NCBI GenBank assembly: GCA_943355005.1
Contig: CALRDV010000001.1
Span: forward strand, 92,632-156,631
Origin: Patescibacteria group bacterium
GTDB taxonomy: Bacteria > Patescibacteriota > Microgenomatia > UBA1400 > MFAQ01
Direction of reading: 5' to 3'
Length of the DNA: 64,000 nt
How positions within the stretch are numbered: the stretch's first letter is position 1; each line of letters opens with the position of its first letter. Below, piece by piece: positions 48,635 to 57,602 of this stretch. The translations under genes and the position numbers were made by a program. The notes below the pieces were generated by a model. That model did not search any database and was not told where the DNA came from. It saw nothing but the letters and a program-made list of their open reading frames with translations.

Positions 48635-50545
48635 TCAGTCTAATATCTTCCTCTTCATCTCCTCATACCCCCTAGTTAAGTAAACTCCATTTTGAGCTTC
48701 TCTGAGGTCAAACCCAAAGGCTCTGCGGCTAACGGCAATTATTGGAGGAGCCTGAATTCTCTTAAAGATATTTATTTTGTATTGTTTCCATTTATGTTCC
48801 AAATCAGCTACAAAAGCTTCGGCAGTCGGGAAATATTTATCTACCAGTCCTGTTTCAATTTTTAGTTCATTCTCCAGTTCACCTTTGGTATACAAGTTCA
48901 AGATATATTCAGGGTCCCGTCTAAATTCTACGAACGATCGGAAAAGTCTGTCGTGATATGGGTAAAGGATTGGGTCTCCTAGTCCTTTAGTCACATCTTG
49001 CTTCTCGGAAAGTTCGGCTGAGGGAATCACATTCAATATTTCAGCCGGAATTATTTCTTTCCCTGCCAATTTATTCATATATCTGGCCAGTTGGTACACT
49101 TCACTCTTATAAATATCGGCAATAGGTGCTATGGCTCCATTTACATCTCCATAAAGTGTGCACCAGCCAATAGTTGTCTCGGTCTTGTTTCCGTTATTGG
49201 TGAATACGGCCCCCAGACAAGCAGCAATACCGGCCAGTACCCTGCTACCCCTATCTCTTGCTTGGATATTTTCCAAACTGTACTCACTCACTTCGACATC
49301 CGTTATTTGTTTTTCCTCATCTTGTCTTTCAAATTTCAGCGCCTTCAGTTCTTTCACGGTTAAATCTACCGATTCTTGAATAGGGAAGACTCCGTAATTT
49401 ATTCCAAGATTTTGAGCTAGTACTAAGGCCGCATTTTTTGTCAGATCAGAATTAAATCTGGATGGCATATTTACGGCATATACATTTTCTTTACCGATTG
49501 CCGCCACCAGTAGACATGCACTCACTGCCGAGTCTACTCCACCGGACAGTCCCAATACTGCCTTGCTCATTCTGTTTCCTTCGAAAAATCTCTTCATTCC
49601 GTAAACCAGTCCGTTGTACAGCTCCTCCACATCCCTTTCATCTGTTAGCTCGTCATTCCTGGCTTGACCAGGAATCCATCCAATTAACTCCTTAGAGTTA
49701 AGATCGATATCTACCTCCACTGTTTCCTCTACATAATCTCTCGCTTGTTTGACTACGTTTCCCGATTTGTCATATGCTGTAGAGTTCCCGTCAAAAAGGA
49801 AAATATTTTTGCCGTTATTCTGAATCCCAGTATTATTACAATATAAGAATGGTACGGAGACTTTTTCCAAAAGTGATTTTATGACTCTATGTCTCTTGTT
49901 ATTTTTTCTCCAAGTCCAAGGAGAGCAAGACAAATTCACAATTACATCAGCTCCATTTTCCGCTAATATCTTTGTCGGATTATCGGCGTAATCATCGCTC
50001 CACATATCCTCACAGAGAATAGCACCAATATTAATTTCCTCACCTCGGACAGTTACCTTGAAGGGCTTCAGAAATTCATTTAGTGGTTTTCCCATTTCGT
50101 TTGCGAGTCTTAGCATGGAGTAGAAGTGCCTCTCATCATCAAACTCTCTATACTTTGGCATCAAGGTCTTAAAAGTGTGTCCTTCAAAAGCCCCATTGCT
50201 TAGCCATTCACCGTTTTGGGCCAAATACACCGCATTATATTTACGAATACGGCCATCCTCACCCTTTTTATTTTTGTCTACAAACACATTACCCCAGATT
50301 ACAGCAATTCCTTGGCTGGCCTCCAATACATCCTGGTTATAATCCATCAAGTCATTTACAAACGACTCATTTTCCCACTCATCACCCAGAAGATAGCCCG
50401 GTACTACCATTTCCGAAAATAGAATCACATCTACGTTTCTTCTCTTGGCTACTTCAATTTCTCTAATCATCTTGGCTACGTTCAGATCAGGTCTTCCGGC
50501 GACCACTTCAATCTGTGCCAAAGCAAACTTCACTGTTTTATTCAT
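48635..50545 (-). CDS. nadE: Glutamine-dependent NAD+ synthetase
   Basis: Nitrilase domain (FSEM, YREFDD, LCEDMW) and synthetase domain (LGLSGGVDS, ENIQAR, TLYGD, PSAEL). Confidence 0.95.
   Translation of the reverse strand: MNKTVKFALAQIEVVAGRPDLNVAKMIREIEVAKRRNVDVILFSEMVVPGYLLGDEWENESFVNDLMDYNQDVLEASQGIAVIWGNVFVDKNKKGEDGRIRKYNAVYLAQNGEWLSNGAFEGHTFKTLMPKYREFDDERHFYSMLRLANEMGKPLNEFLKPFKVTVRGEEINIGAILCEDMWSDDYADNPTKILAENGADVIVNLSCSPWTWRKNNKRHRVIKSLLEKVSVPFLYCNNTGIQNNGKNIFLFDGNSTAYDKSGNVVKQARDYVEETVEVDIDLNSKELIGWIPGQARNDELTDERDVEELYNGLVYGMKRFFEGNRMSKAVLGLSGGVDSAVSACLLVAAIGKENVYAVNMPSRFNSDLTKNAALVLAQNLGINYGVFPIQESVDLTVKELKALKFERQDEEKQITDVEVSEYSLENIQARDRGSRVLAGIAACLGAVFTNNGNKTETTIGWCTLYGDVNGAIAPIADIYKSEVYQLARYMNKLAGKEIIPAEILNVIPSAELSEKQDVTKGLGDPILYPYHDRLFRSFVEFRRDPEYILNLYTKGELENELKIETGLVDKYFPTAEAFVADLEHKWKQYKINIFKRIQAPPIIAVSRRAFGFDLREAQNGVYLTRGYEEMKRKILD
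49651..49678 (+). repeat. CGTC palindrome in frame in the nadE inter-domain linker
   Basis: CGTCATTCCTGGCTTGACCAGGAATCCA encodes WIPGQARND on the minus strand. Confidence 0.9.
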
Positions 50546-51068
50546 TATTCTTTTTAAATTCCTGATAATATTTTTTCGCTAATGGAATCACTCTCTGATC
50601 CAGCAATTTTTCGAGCATTTCTTGGTCATTCTTATCAAGTGCGCTTCTGACATTTGTTGCTGTTATCTCCGGGCTTTTTTTTCTGTCTACCAAAACTACA
50701 GTTTCAAAACGCTGTGCCAATATCTCCAAATCTTCTTTAGATCCACCATAAAAGACAAACTTGGTCTGTTGCTCCTTCTGGATTTTTTCTATGTTATCCA
50801 GCCATTCTTCATTTGTACTGCCGTCAAAGTATACCAGTCCTGGCTTCCCATCAGGTAAAGGGATTGTTTTTATCTCGGGGAAAACCGCCTTAACCATCTC
50901 GGCTCTTTGCTCGTAGGTATAAGGTGTTCGTTCATTCAGAGTATTTGATGAGCCTATCATTATCAGACAATTTTCCATCCCATTTACACGAATCATTTCC
51001 TCAACAATAGAGGCATGACCCCTTTGAAAAGGGGAGAATCGGCCTAAAAATACAGCAGTATCATTCAT
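50538..51068 (-). CDS. NadM-like nucleotidyltransferase (cytidylyltransferase superfamily)
   Basis: GRFSPFQRGH, IGSS, TPYTYEQR, ITATNVR; overlaps the nadE start. Confidence 0.8.
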   Translation of the reverse strand: MNDTAVFLGRFSPFQRGHASIVEEMIRVNGMENCLIMIGSSNTLNERTPYTYEQRAEMVKAVFPEIKTIPLPDGKPGLVYFDGSTNEEWLDNIEKIQKEQQTKFVFYGGSKEDLEILAQRFETVVLVDRKKSPEITATNVRSALDKNDQEMLEKLLDQRVIPLAKKYYQEFKKNNE

Positions 51069-51106
51069 AAATCAGTCAATTAGTAAAGATAGTGTATATA
51101 ATACAC

Positions 51107-51736
51107 CTACGACACATCCCGTGTCAAGACCCCAGAAATCTGTGAATATACAACCTCTTCCTCAGGCATTGCATCAAGCAGAACAAGCTCCCATCCAGGC
51201 TGATTTTTGATTACATTCAGTCTTTCTTCGAGAAGTAGGTTAAATTTCTCCAAACGGCTTGCTACTCCTTCTTCTGTGTCATCTGCTCGTTTCCTGGCGT
51301 TTTTTCCTCGAACTAGTCGATCGTAAGTTTCTTCCTCAGGAATATTTAGATAAATTACCGTCATTGGCAGATCAAGCCCCGCTTGTTCCAGCATGGCTTG
51401 AAATTCTATGGTTTCTTCCAATGTTCTGAGTCCACCATCCAATATCAGCCCGTCTTGCACATCAGGCCGACTAAATCTCTCGACCAGAATTCTAAGTAAC
51501 GTCTCTCCGGCCAGGTATCTACCTTCGGCGAACATGGCTCTGCATTCATCACCAAGTTCTCCAGGATCATTAGCTGCCAAGTCTCTTATAGTATCGCCGG
51601 TAGTTACATACGGGAGTCCCGTGTCTTCAGCCAGAAGAAGAGCGTGGGTGGTTTTACCTGAGCCTTCGGGTCCGATAAAAGTAATAATCCTTTTTCCAAC
51701 AAACTCACACTCTTTACTTTTTAATTTTTCAGTCAT
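51107..51736 (-). CDS. Adenylate kinase family nucleoside monophosphate kinase
   Basis: GPEGSGKT, TGDTIR, ILDG..R, RADDT. Confidence 0.85.
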   Translation of the reverse strand: MTEKLKSKECEFVGKRIITFIGPEGSGKTTHALLLAEDTGLPYVTTGDTIRDLAANDPGELGDECRAMFAEGRYLAGETLLRILVERFSRPDVQDGLILDGGLRTLEETIEFQAMLEQAGLDLPMTVIYLNIPEEETYDRLVRGKNARKRADDTEEGVASRLEKFNLLLEERLNVIKNQPGWELVLLDAMPEEEVVYSQISGVLTRDVS

Positions 51737-51786
51737 AGAAAAATACTATGTCTAGGTAAGTCAAAACACAACCCTCAATTACCATC

Positions 51787-51923
51787 CGTCATTGCGAGGT
51801 ACTCCGTGGCAATCTAGCCTATCAGCCACCTGTCATTCCTCACACTATCTCTGTCATTCCAGCGAAGGCTGGAATCCATCAAATAACTCAACTTTTGTCA
51901 TTCCGGGCTTGACCCGGAATCCA
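51787..51923 (+). repeat. GTCAT palindrome cluster at the 3' end of the GIY-YIG gene
   Basis: 51787-51815, fragment 51832-51840, 51853-51878, and 51897-51923 (inside the CDS). Confidence 0.92.
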
Positions 51924-52169
51924 GTCTTTTAAAAGTAATTCTTTTTTTGTCTTCGCCCAAGTCCGTATTTCCCTTTCTCTCCTCATGGCATCCCCTCTGG
52001 TCGGCTGTTCCTCCGAATACACCAGCTCTACATTGTCAAAACATCTTACATATCTGGCCGACCTAACAGTCTTACTTAGATGTTCCTTCAAACGCCTTTC
52101 CAAGTTATTTGTCTGACCGACATACAAAGTGTTCGATGAAGTCCGCAAAATATATACCACAAAGCTCAT
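51888..52169 (-). CDS. Stand-alone GIY-YIG nuclease (UPF0213/YhbQ-like)
   Basis: VYIL...LYVGQTNNLERRLKEH...AMRREREIR; C-terminus WIPGQARNDKS is encoded by the repeat. Confidence 0.92.
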   Translation of the reverse strand: MSFVVYILRTSSNTLYVGQTNNLERRLKEHLSKTVRSARYVRCFDNVELVYSEEQPTRGDAMRREREIRTWAKTKKELLLKDWIPGQARNDKS

Positions 52170-52513
52170 AGCTGAAGCAGTTGCATTTGAGAATTGATTT
52201 GCTGATTCACTGTATCTATCAGAGATTTAGAGATCCAAATCCCAATAACAAGTGAAAGTATTGTAAGTATCAAAGATATCCATCCATATAGTTTTGATTT
52301 TTCATCTTCGGTTTTTATATATCTAAAAGTAAGCAAAATTCCAAGTGGTGGTAGAAGAGTACTCAAAATAAATAACCATAGCAGGGAACCAAAAGTGTTG
52401 GATACCGTTTTATCTTTAATTTTTCTTCCACAGCTTGGACAGAAGAAATCTTGACTAGATATTGGCTGAGAACAATTTTTACAAACCAACTGGTTGATTA
52501 TTTGAGGCTCCAT
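52166..52513 (-). CDS. Zinc-ribbon membrane protein
   Basis: CKNC...FCPSCG plus two TM helices; ATGA overlap with the GIY-YIG gene. Confidence 0.8.
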   Translation of the reverse strand: MEPQIINQLVCKNCSQPISSQDFFCPSCGRKIKDKTVSNTFGSLLWLFILSTLLPPLGILLTFRYIKTEDEKSKLYGWISLILTILSLVIGIWISKSLIDTVNQQINSQMQLLQL

Positions 52514-52536
52514 TTCTTCATTTTAACATTCATGGC

Positions 52537-52572
52537 AAAAAACACCCCCATCCTGCAATGGGGGTGTTTTTG
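52537..52572. terminator. Rho-independent terminator
   Basis: AAAAAACACCCCCAT-CCTGCA-ATGGGGGTGTTTTT. Confidence 0.8.
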
Positions 52573-52582
52573 AGATATCCAA

Positions 52583-53083
52583 TTACTTCCAATCAAATTT
52601 ACGGTCAGCCGCTCTTGGTCCAAACTTTCCTCGTTCTAGTCCAAGCCCCATCTTAATGTATTTGGGGTCAATACCATGGGCCTTTGCCCACACTCCGATT
52701 TCTGATTTTTCGGCATCAAATATTTTTTTCCTCTCTTCGGGCGTCATTTCTTTAAATGAACCGGCCGGATGAAGCTTCTCAAGCCTAGCCTGTTCCTCCA
52801 GAATAAGCTTCTTCTGCTCTTCCGTTATTTTGCCAAGGCTGACAAGTGTGTCCAGTCTTTTTAGTCTAGCCTCATTCATTTTTTGTTGCCTTGTGACAAA
52901 CTTTGTCTGGCGGAAGTCATCGATTGCTGATTGCACTTGGCTTTTATCCAAGCCAAATTTTTGGGCGATTGTCTGAGCCAAAGCTCCCGATGAGTTGCCC
53001 TGTGCTCGAACCTGTCCTACTGTAATTGAAGCCACTAGCACCATCGCTCCAATTGTCGGCAATATATATTTTTTCTTGCTCAT
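52583..53083 (-). CDS. Exported helical hypothetical protein
   Basis: Signal peptide; IAQKFGL..V, GKITEEQK, WAKAHGID. Confidence 0.75.
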   Translation of the reverse strand: MSKKKYILPTIGAMVLVASITVGQVRAQGNSSGALAQTIAQKFGLDKSQVQSAIDDFRQTKFVTRQQKMNEARLKRLDTLVSLGKITEEQKKLILEEQARLEKLHPAGSFKEMTPEERKKIFDAEKSEIGVWAKAHGIDPKYIKMGLGLERGKFGPRAADRKFDWK

Positions 53084-53168
53084 ATATTTTTTTAATTATT
53101 AACTCCTTTCATAAGCGTTTATAAAACATGAAACTGAAAAGAAGCTTAAGAAGTGGGATAATAGAGTC

Positions 53169-53834
53169 ATGAAAAAACTCTTGATTGGTTTACTGGTTCT
53201 TGTAGTTTTAGTAGTTATTGGACTTAGTTACATTGGCTTCATGCCTGTTCTCTCCGGGCTTATAGCCAAGCAGGTCGATCTGGGGGTAAAAGTTGATCCC
53301 ACTTTTGTTTCCGCATTTGAGTCCAAATATGGCACATCCAGTGCTACGGGTAAGGTGGATTTAAATGTTGAATTGTCCAGTCAAGAAGTTACTTCCATTT
53401 TTGCTACTTGGGAAGCCAGGGACAAATTCTTTCCTTTACACAATGTCCAAATTAGATTCAATCCCGATGGTACCGGCGAGGCATCTGGCTTTCTAAAAGT
53501 CTCTACTGCAGTTTCTCTCGCCAAGAATCTTGGCTACTCAGACTCCGATATAGAAAAAGGTAAAAAGTATGTCCAGTTTGTCGCAGGGGATCTACCTTTC
53601 TATGTCAAAGGTAAGGGTGGCATGAATAACAATGTCCTGTCGATTGACCCTTCCACTTTTCAGCTAGGACGAGTTACGGTCCCTGACTCCATCACCAAGC
53701 CGGCTGCCTCAGCCGTGTCAGACATGATTGAACGTCGGATAAATCAAATTGGGGGTGCCGATATCAAAGAGGCAGATTTTAAGTCCGGTGCTCTCAAATT
53801 AGTTGGTACCGTCCCGGCCACGATAAAATACTAG
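53169..53834 (+). CDS. Hypothetical membrane-anchored protein
   Basis: N-terminal TM, 221 aa. Confidence 0.7.
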   Translation: MKKLLIGLLVLVVLVVIGLSYIGFMPVLSGLIAKQVDLGVKVDPTFVSAFESKYGTSSATGKVDLNVELSSQEVTSIFATWEARDKFFPLHNVQIRFNPDGTGEASGFLKVSTAVSLAKNLGYSDSDIEKGKKYVQFVAGDLPFYVKGKGGMNNNVLSIDPSTFQLGRVTVPDSITKPAASAVSDMIERRINQIGGADIKEADFKSGALKLVGTVPATIKY

Positions 53835-53852
53835 AAAAAGTAAAATTACTTT

Positions 53853-54233
53853 CTATTTTTGCAACATCTCGATCATTGGTCCAATATAGTAATCTTTCCA
53901 GCCTTGACTGATGTCTTTTACTTCTTCGTTCGGTACATCTGTTTGAATTAGATCCAGCTCGGTCACTCCTTCTTTTCCTATCAGGATCAACGTAAGTATC
54001 GAAGGTTTCTCCCATTTACCACCAAACCATTCCTGGACCAATTTTTTCTCTTTTACCACTTCAATATTCTTCCCATAAATATCCCCGCCCCAAAGCGAAA
54101 ATTTGGTCCCCACCTTTTCGTTCATTTTTGCCGGTCCGGCTCCCAAATCTGCAATTATTTTGGGGTTCACCAACGCTTGCCAAACTTCCGAGACCGGTGC
54201 TTTAATTTCGTATTTTTGGTTTATGGACTTCAT
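53853..54233 (-). CDS. SRPBCC/AHSA1 domain protein
   Basis: APVSEVWQAL, GTKFSLWGG, LVQEW, GWKDYY. Confidence 0.85.
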   Translation of the reverse strand: MKSINQKYEIKAPVSEVWQALVNPKIIADLGAGPAKMNEKVGTKFSLWGGDIYGKNIEVVKEKKLVQEWFGGKWEKPSILTLILIGKEGVTELDLIQTDVPNEEVKDISQGWKDYYIGPMIEMLQK

Positions 54234-54268
54234 ATGAATATTATATTCAAAAAAATCAAAAATTAATT

Positions 54269-54946
54269 TCAACTAAATATTTTTAGAATCACATCATTGA
54301 AGAAAGAGTGGACAATTAAACTTTTAGTTTTTTTATCCGCTCTACCGGGGATCTCAGGCAGAAGATACTCAGGAGAAATACGTCTATTTAGTACCCAAGC
54401 AGAAATAGTGCCATCATCTTTTTCATTCCCCGGGAATATCATCTTGTTGTAGCCGTCAACAAACTCAAAACCTAGACTTGTGTCCTCGATGTCATCAATC
54501 CCGGTAAGTAAAGTAACTCCATTTTTTTTCAGTATTTCATTATGAGCCAGCGCTAGTTCATGTCTATCTTTTCTATAGCCTACATCATATATGTAATAGT
54601 CATTTAGCTCCGGGTCTTCGTGGAAGGAAACAAACAAATCGAATTTTTGGTCCTTAATCACTTCAATATTGGCTTGCACTTCCGGGTCCTTTGAGTCGGA
54701 AAAAAACATTCGGTTCATGTCGTGACCCATATTATTTATTCTGGTTTTTTGGTCCACTGCAGTAGGGGATACTTCAGGGACAAAAATAAATGATGGAAGT
54801 TCTGCTTCATATTTATACAAGCATTCCATCACGAAATCAGTCACTTCAAATTCATCCCCATGAGTTCCTGAATGTATTAATAATTTTGGATTCTCCCCGG
54901 AGACAAAATATGCGAATTTTCCACCGTCAATGACTATTTTTTTCAC
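54269..54946 (-). CDS. M14 / succinylglutamate desuccinylase-aspartoacylase family hydrolase
   Basis: GTHGDE, DMNRMF, SFHED. Confidence 0.8.
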   Translation of the reverse strand: MKKIVIDGGKFAYFVSGENPKLLIHSGTHGDEFEVTDFVMECLYKYEAELPSFIFVPEVSPTAVDQKTRINNMGHDMNRMFFSDSKDPEVQANIEVIKDQKFDLFVSFHEDPELNDYYIYDVGYRKDRHELALAHNEILKKNGVTLLTGIDDIEDTSLGFEFVDGYNKMIFPGNEKDDGTISAWVLNRRISPEYLLPEIPGRADKKTKSLIVHSFFNDVILKIFS

Positions 54947-54990
54947 TCCTATATTCTACCAGCCTCATCACTTAACTATAAAATTTTGTA

Positions 54991-55890
54991 TCAATTTACC
55001 TCTTTAGATCCTTCCAGATTTTTTCTAGCTGTTATTGCCTCTTCAACAATCGCACCCATTTCACCCCTGAACCATCTTTGTTGAGGCTTACCTGTAGATG
55101 GTAACACTGGGGGGTTGACTTGATGAAATCTAGAAAGAGTTTTCTGTTCGTCCAATATCATGGATCCAAGCTGAAACTCTACAGTATCTTGACCTTTTGC
55201 ACTATGTGATGGGTGTATGGTAATTTTCATTGCTTGTACCCGACCTTTTTTTATGGTTGGAATAGCGGCATAGAAATCTCCTTCTTCTCTAAGAAGGTTG
55301 CTAAAAATAGTATATTGTGGAAATTCTGCTAAAAATACTTTTACTGCAGCTTCAGCAATCATTGCATTTGATTCGTTAATTATTTTTTTTCTTTCTAGTT
55401 CGTCAGTAAATAAGTTAGTCAAATATTCAAAATAACCCAACCTATCTGCTTGTTGAATAATTTCTACCACTTTAGCATAGCCTTTCTTTCGCATATCTAT
55501 TTTTTTGATTCTTCCTTTTTCTATCGAATCTTCCAGTTTCTTGATTTCCTCTTTCAGAACAGCGTCACCACCATTTTCAACAAACCAATCCAAAAAAGTA
55601 TCCGAGAGAACATTGTTTTCCATACTCCAATTTTCCGATGATTCTTTAGCTCGAACTCCAACGTGAACCTCTTCAAGTGTTCCATCATGAAAATCCTCAG
55701 AATGAAGTATTGTTTCAATAGGGAGAAAATCAGCTCCACTATCTCTTGAGTAATATCTTTCCCGTCCGCGACTTATTGGGTCTGGAATAAATCTCAATGC
55801 TTTAGCCATTTCGATAGGAGAATTAATCTTTTTGGGTGTTCGTTCGTCTTCTGCTGCAGGATATTCGTCGTGTTCTTTCATAATGCTCAA
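54991..55890 (-). CDS. Hypothetical protein
   Basis: 299-aa ORF. Confidence 0.65.
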   Translation of the reverse strand: MSIMKEHDEYPAAEDERTPKKINSPIEMAKALRFIPDPISRGRERYYSRDSGADFLPIETILHSEDFHDGTLEEVHVGVRAKESSENWSMENNVLSDTFLDWFVENGGDAVLKEEIKKLEDSIEKGRIKKIDMRKKGYAKVVEIIQQADRLGYFEYLTNLFTDELERKKIINESNAMIAEAAVKVFLAEFPQYTIFSNLLREEGDFYAAIPTIKKGRVQAMKITIHPSHSAKGQDTVEFQLGSMILDEQKTLSRFHQVNPPVLPSTGKPQQRWFRGEMGAIVEEAITARKNLEGSKEVN

Positions 55891-55910
55891 TTATATCCCT
55901 ATCAGACCAT

Positions 55911-56363
55911 CTACTCGCCCCACCCGCTGGCCGAGAAAGCCACTCCATTTTTGTAATTATTCAAAACCTCATGAATGTAAGGCAAAATGTTATCCGGCAA
56001 ATTATCCAAATAGAACCATGTCAGAGAGTCGCATTTATCGGGTTCCCCGATAACGATTTCTCCATCCCATTTTGTAATTATAAAAAAGAAATCTATGTAC
56101 TCGGCATCAGGCGACTTACGGTGCAATACTGTAACGGGCATTAAGTCCTCTTTTTTGACCACAATTACGGCTTCCTCATAAGCTTCTCTAATCATGGCGT
56201 CATTCACGGATTCGTTTCCATCCAAGTGTCCGGAAATTAAACTGTACATCCCATCCATCCAACCGGTATTAAATCTGCGAGAAAGCAAAATTTGATTATC
56301 TTTCAGTGGGATTAAATATGTGGCCGATTTGACGGTAAATCTTTCCGTTTGACTCATTGCCAA
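55911..56363 (-). CDS. NUDIX hydrolase
   Basis: SGHLDGNESVNDAMIREAYEE; EPDKC. Confidence 0.9.
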   Translation of the reverse strand: MAMSQTERFTVKSATYLIPLKDNQILLSRRFNTGWMDGMYSLISGHLDGNESVNDAMIREAYEEAVIVVKKEDLMPVTVLHRKSPDAEYIDFFFIITKWDGEIVIGEPDKCDSLTWFYLDNLPDNILPYIHEVLNNYKNGVAFSASGWGE

Positions 56364-56413
56364 AGTATATCAAGAAAACTTCCAATAGCATCAATCAAGC
56401 ACTAAAATAAAAA

Positions 56414-57574
56414 TCAGTTAGATGTCGGGCTGTTTTCTGTTCTAGTGTAAAAGAATAAAATGAAGATAATAATCAGGGCGGGGATTAATGCAAATAAGTA
56501 ACTGACCTTCAAAATGATTAAAGATAAGGGGACTAAAATTGCAGCGCCCAATCCGGAGATAAAACTACTACTTGAAAGGCTCAAAGCCCGATCTTTTGAT
56601 GAAAAGAATTCGTTTAGTATTGTGGGTACGATGTGATTCCTCGCGGTCCATGAAAGATCAAAGACTATGCCAAAAGCAATTGCAAAGATTAGGGAGTTGG
56701 TTAATCCAAATAAGATAAAAGCAATTATTGGTAGCAAAGAATAAAGTATTAAGCTGTAACTTTTGTTCTTAAACACAATTTTTGGCAAGATCGCAAGGAG
56801 GGCAGACATCAATCCAAGGTTGATAGTATCCAAAACTCCCAGATATTTGATATCTAATCCCAAGCTATTAATTTTTGGTGCGTATAAAGTCTGATAAAAA
56901 ATGATAACGATAGTCAGCAATAAGATATCCATTAATAGCAGCATTCTCACATTCTTATTTTTGACAATAGATTTGACACCATCAAATATTTCAATTGCAT
57001 TACCCACTTCACTTGGTTTCTTTTGCTCATCAAAACGTAATATATAGAATGCTAGAAATAAATGGGGGATAGCGGTCAAGAGGAAAGGAATACCTGTATT
57101 TATCACGTATAAAAGTGGACCAACAAATGAAGCTAATCCTCCTGCAATAGTTCCTAGTGTTGATCCTCTGGAAGATACTTTTAAATATTCAGATTCACTG
57201 GCTGACTGTTTTAGGTCATCGTAGATTAAAGATTCTGTCGCGCCACTCTTAAGTGCCTGAGCCAAACCCATCAAAAATGAAATTAGTAGCAAATTGTAGA
57301 AGTTGCTAACAAATATAAGTCCTAAAAATGCCAGTGAACTAACGAAAAAACCGATTGACACGGATACTCTTCTGGAAAACTTGTCAGCAACATATCCGGT
57401 GGGAATTTCCATGATAGTTGCACATATGGAAGTTGCACTCGCAAAAATACCCAGTTGAATTGGCGTAATTCCCTTGCTCAGCAAATAAATCGCTTGTAGG
57501 GCATAAATAAAATAAAAGCCATTAATAAATCTCCAAATATAATATTTAAAAATATTTGGAGAAAGATTCTTCAT
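56414..57574 (-). CDS. MFS transporter
   Basis: EIPTGYVADKFSRR; SGATESLIYD; about 12 TMs. Confidence 0.9.
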   Translation of the reverse strand: MKNLSPNIFKYYIWRFINGFYFIYALQAIYLLSKGITPIQLGIFASATSICATIMEIPTGYVADKFSRRVSVSIGFFVSSLAFLGLIFVSNFYNLLLISFLMGLAQALKSGATESLIYDDLKQSASESEYLKVSSRGSTLGTIAGGLASFVGPLLYVINTGIPFLLTAIPHLFLAFYILRFDEQKKPSEVGNAIEIFDGVKSIVKNKNVRMLLLMDILLLTIVIIFYQTLYAPKINSLGLDIKYLGVLDTINLGLMSALLAILPKIVFKNKSYSLILYSLLPIIAFILFGLTNSLIFAIAFGIVFDLSWTARNHIVPTILNEFFSSKDRALSLSSSSFISGLGAAILVPLSLIILKVSYLFALIPALIIIFILFFYTRTENSPTSN

Positions 57575-57602
57575 AAGTAATTCTATCCCTCTTGTGAAAC
57601 TT

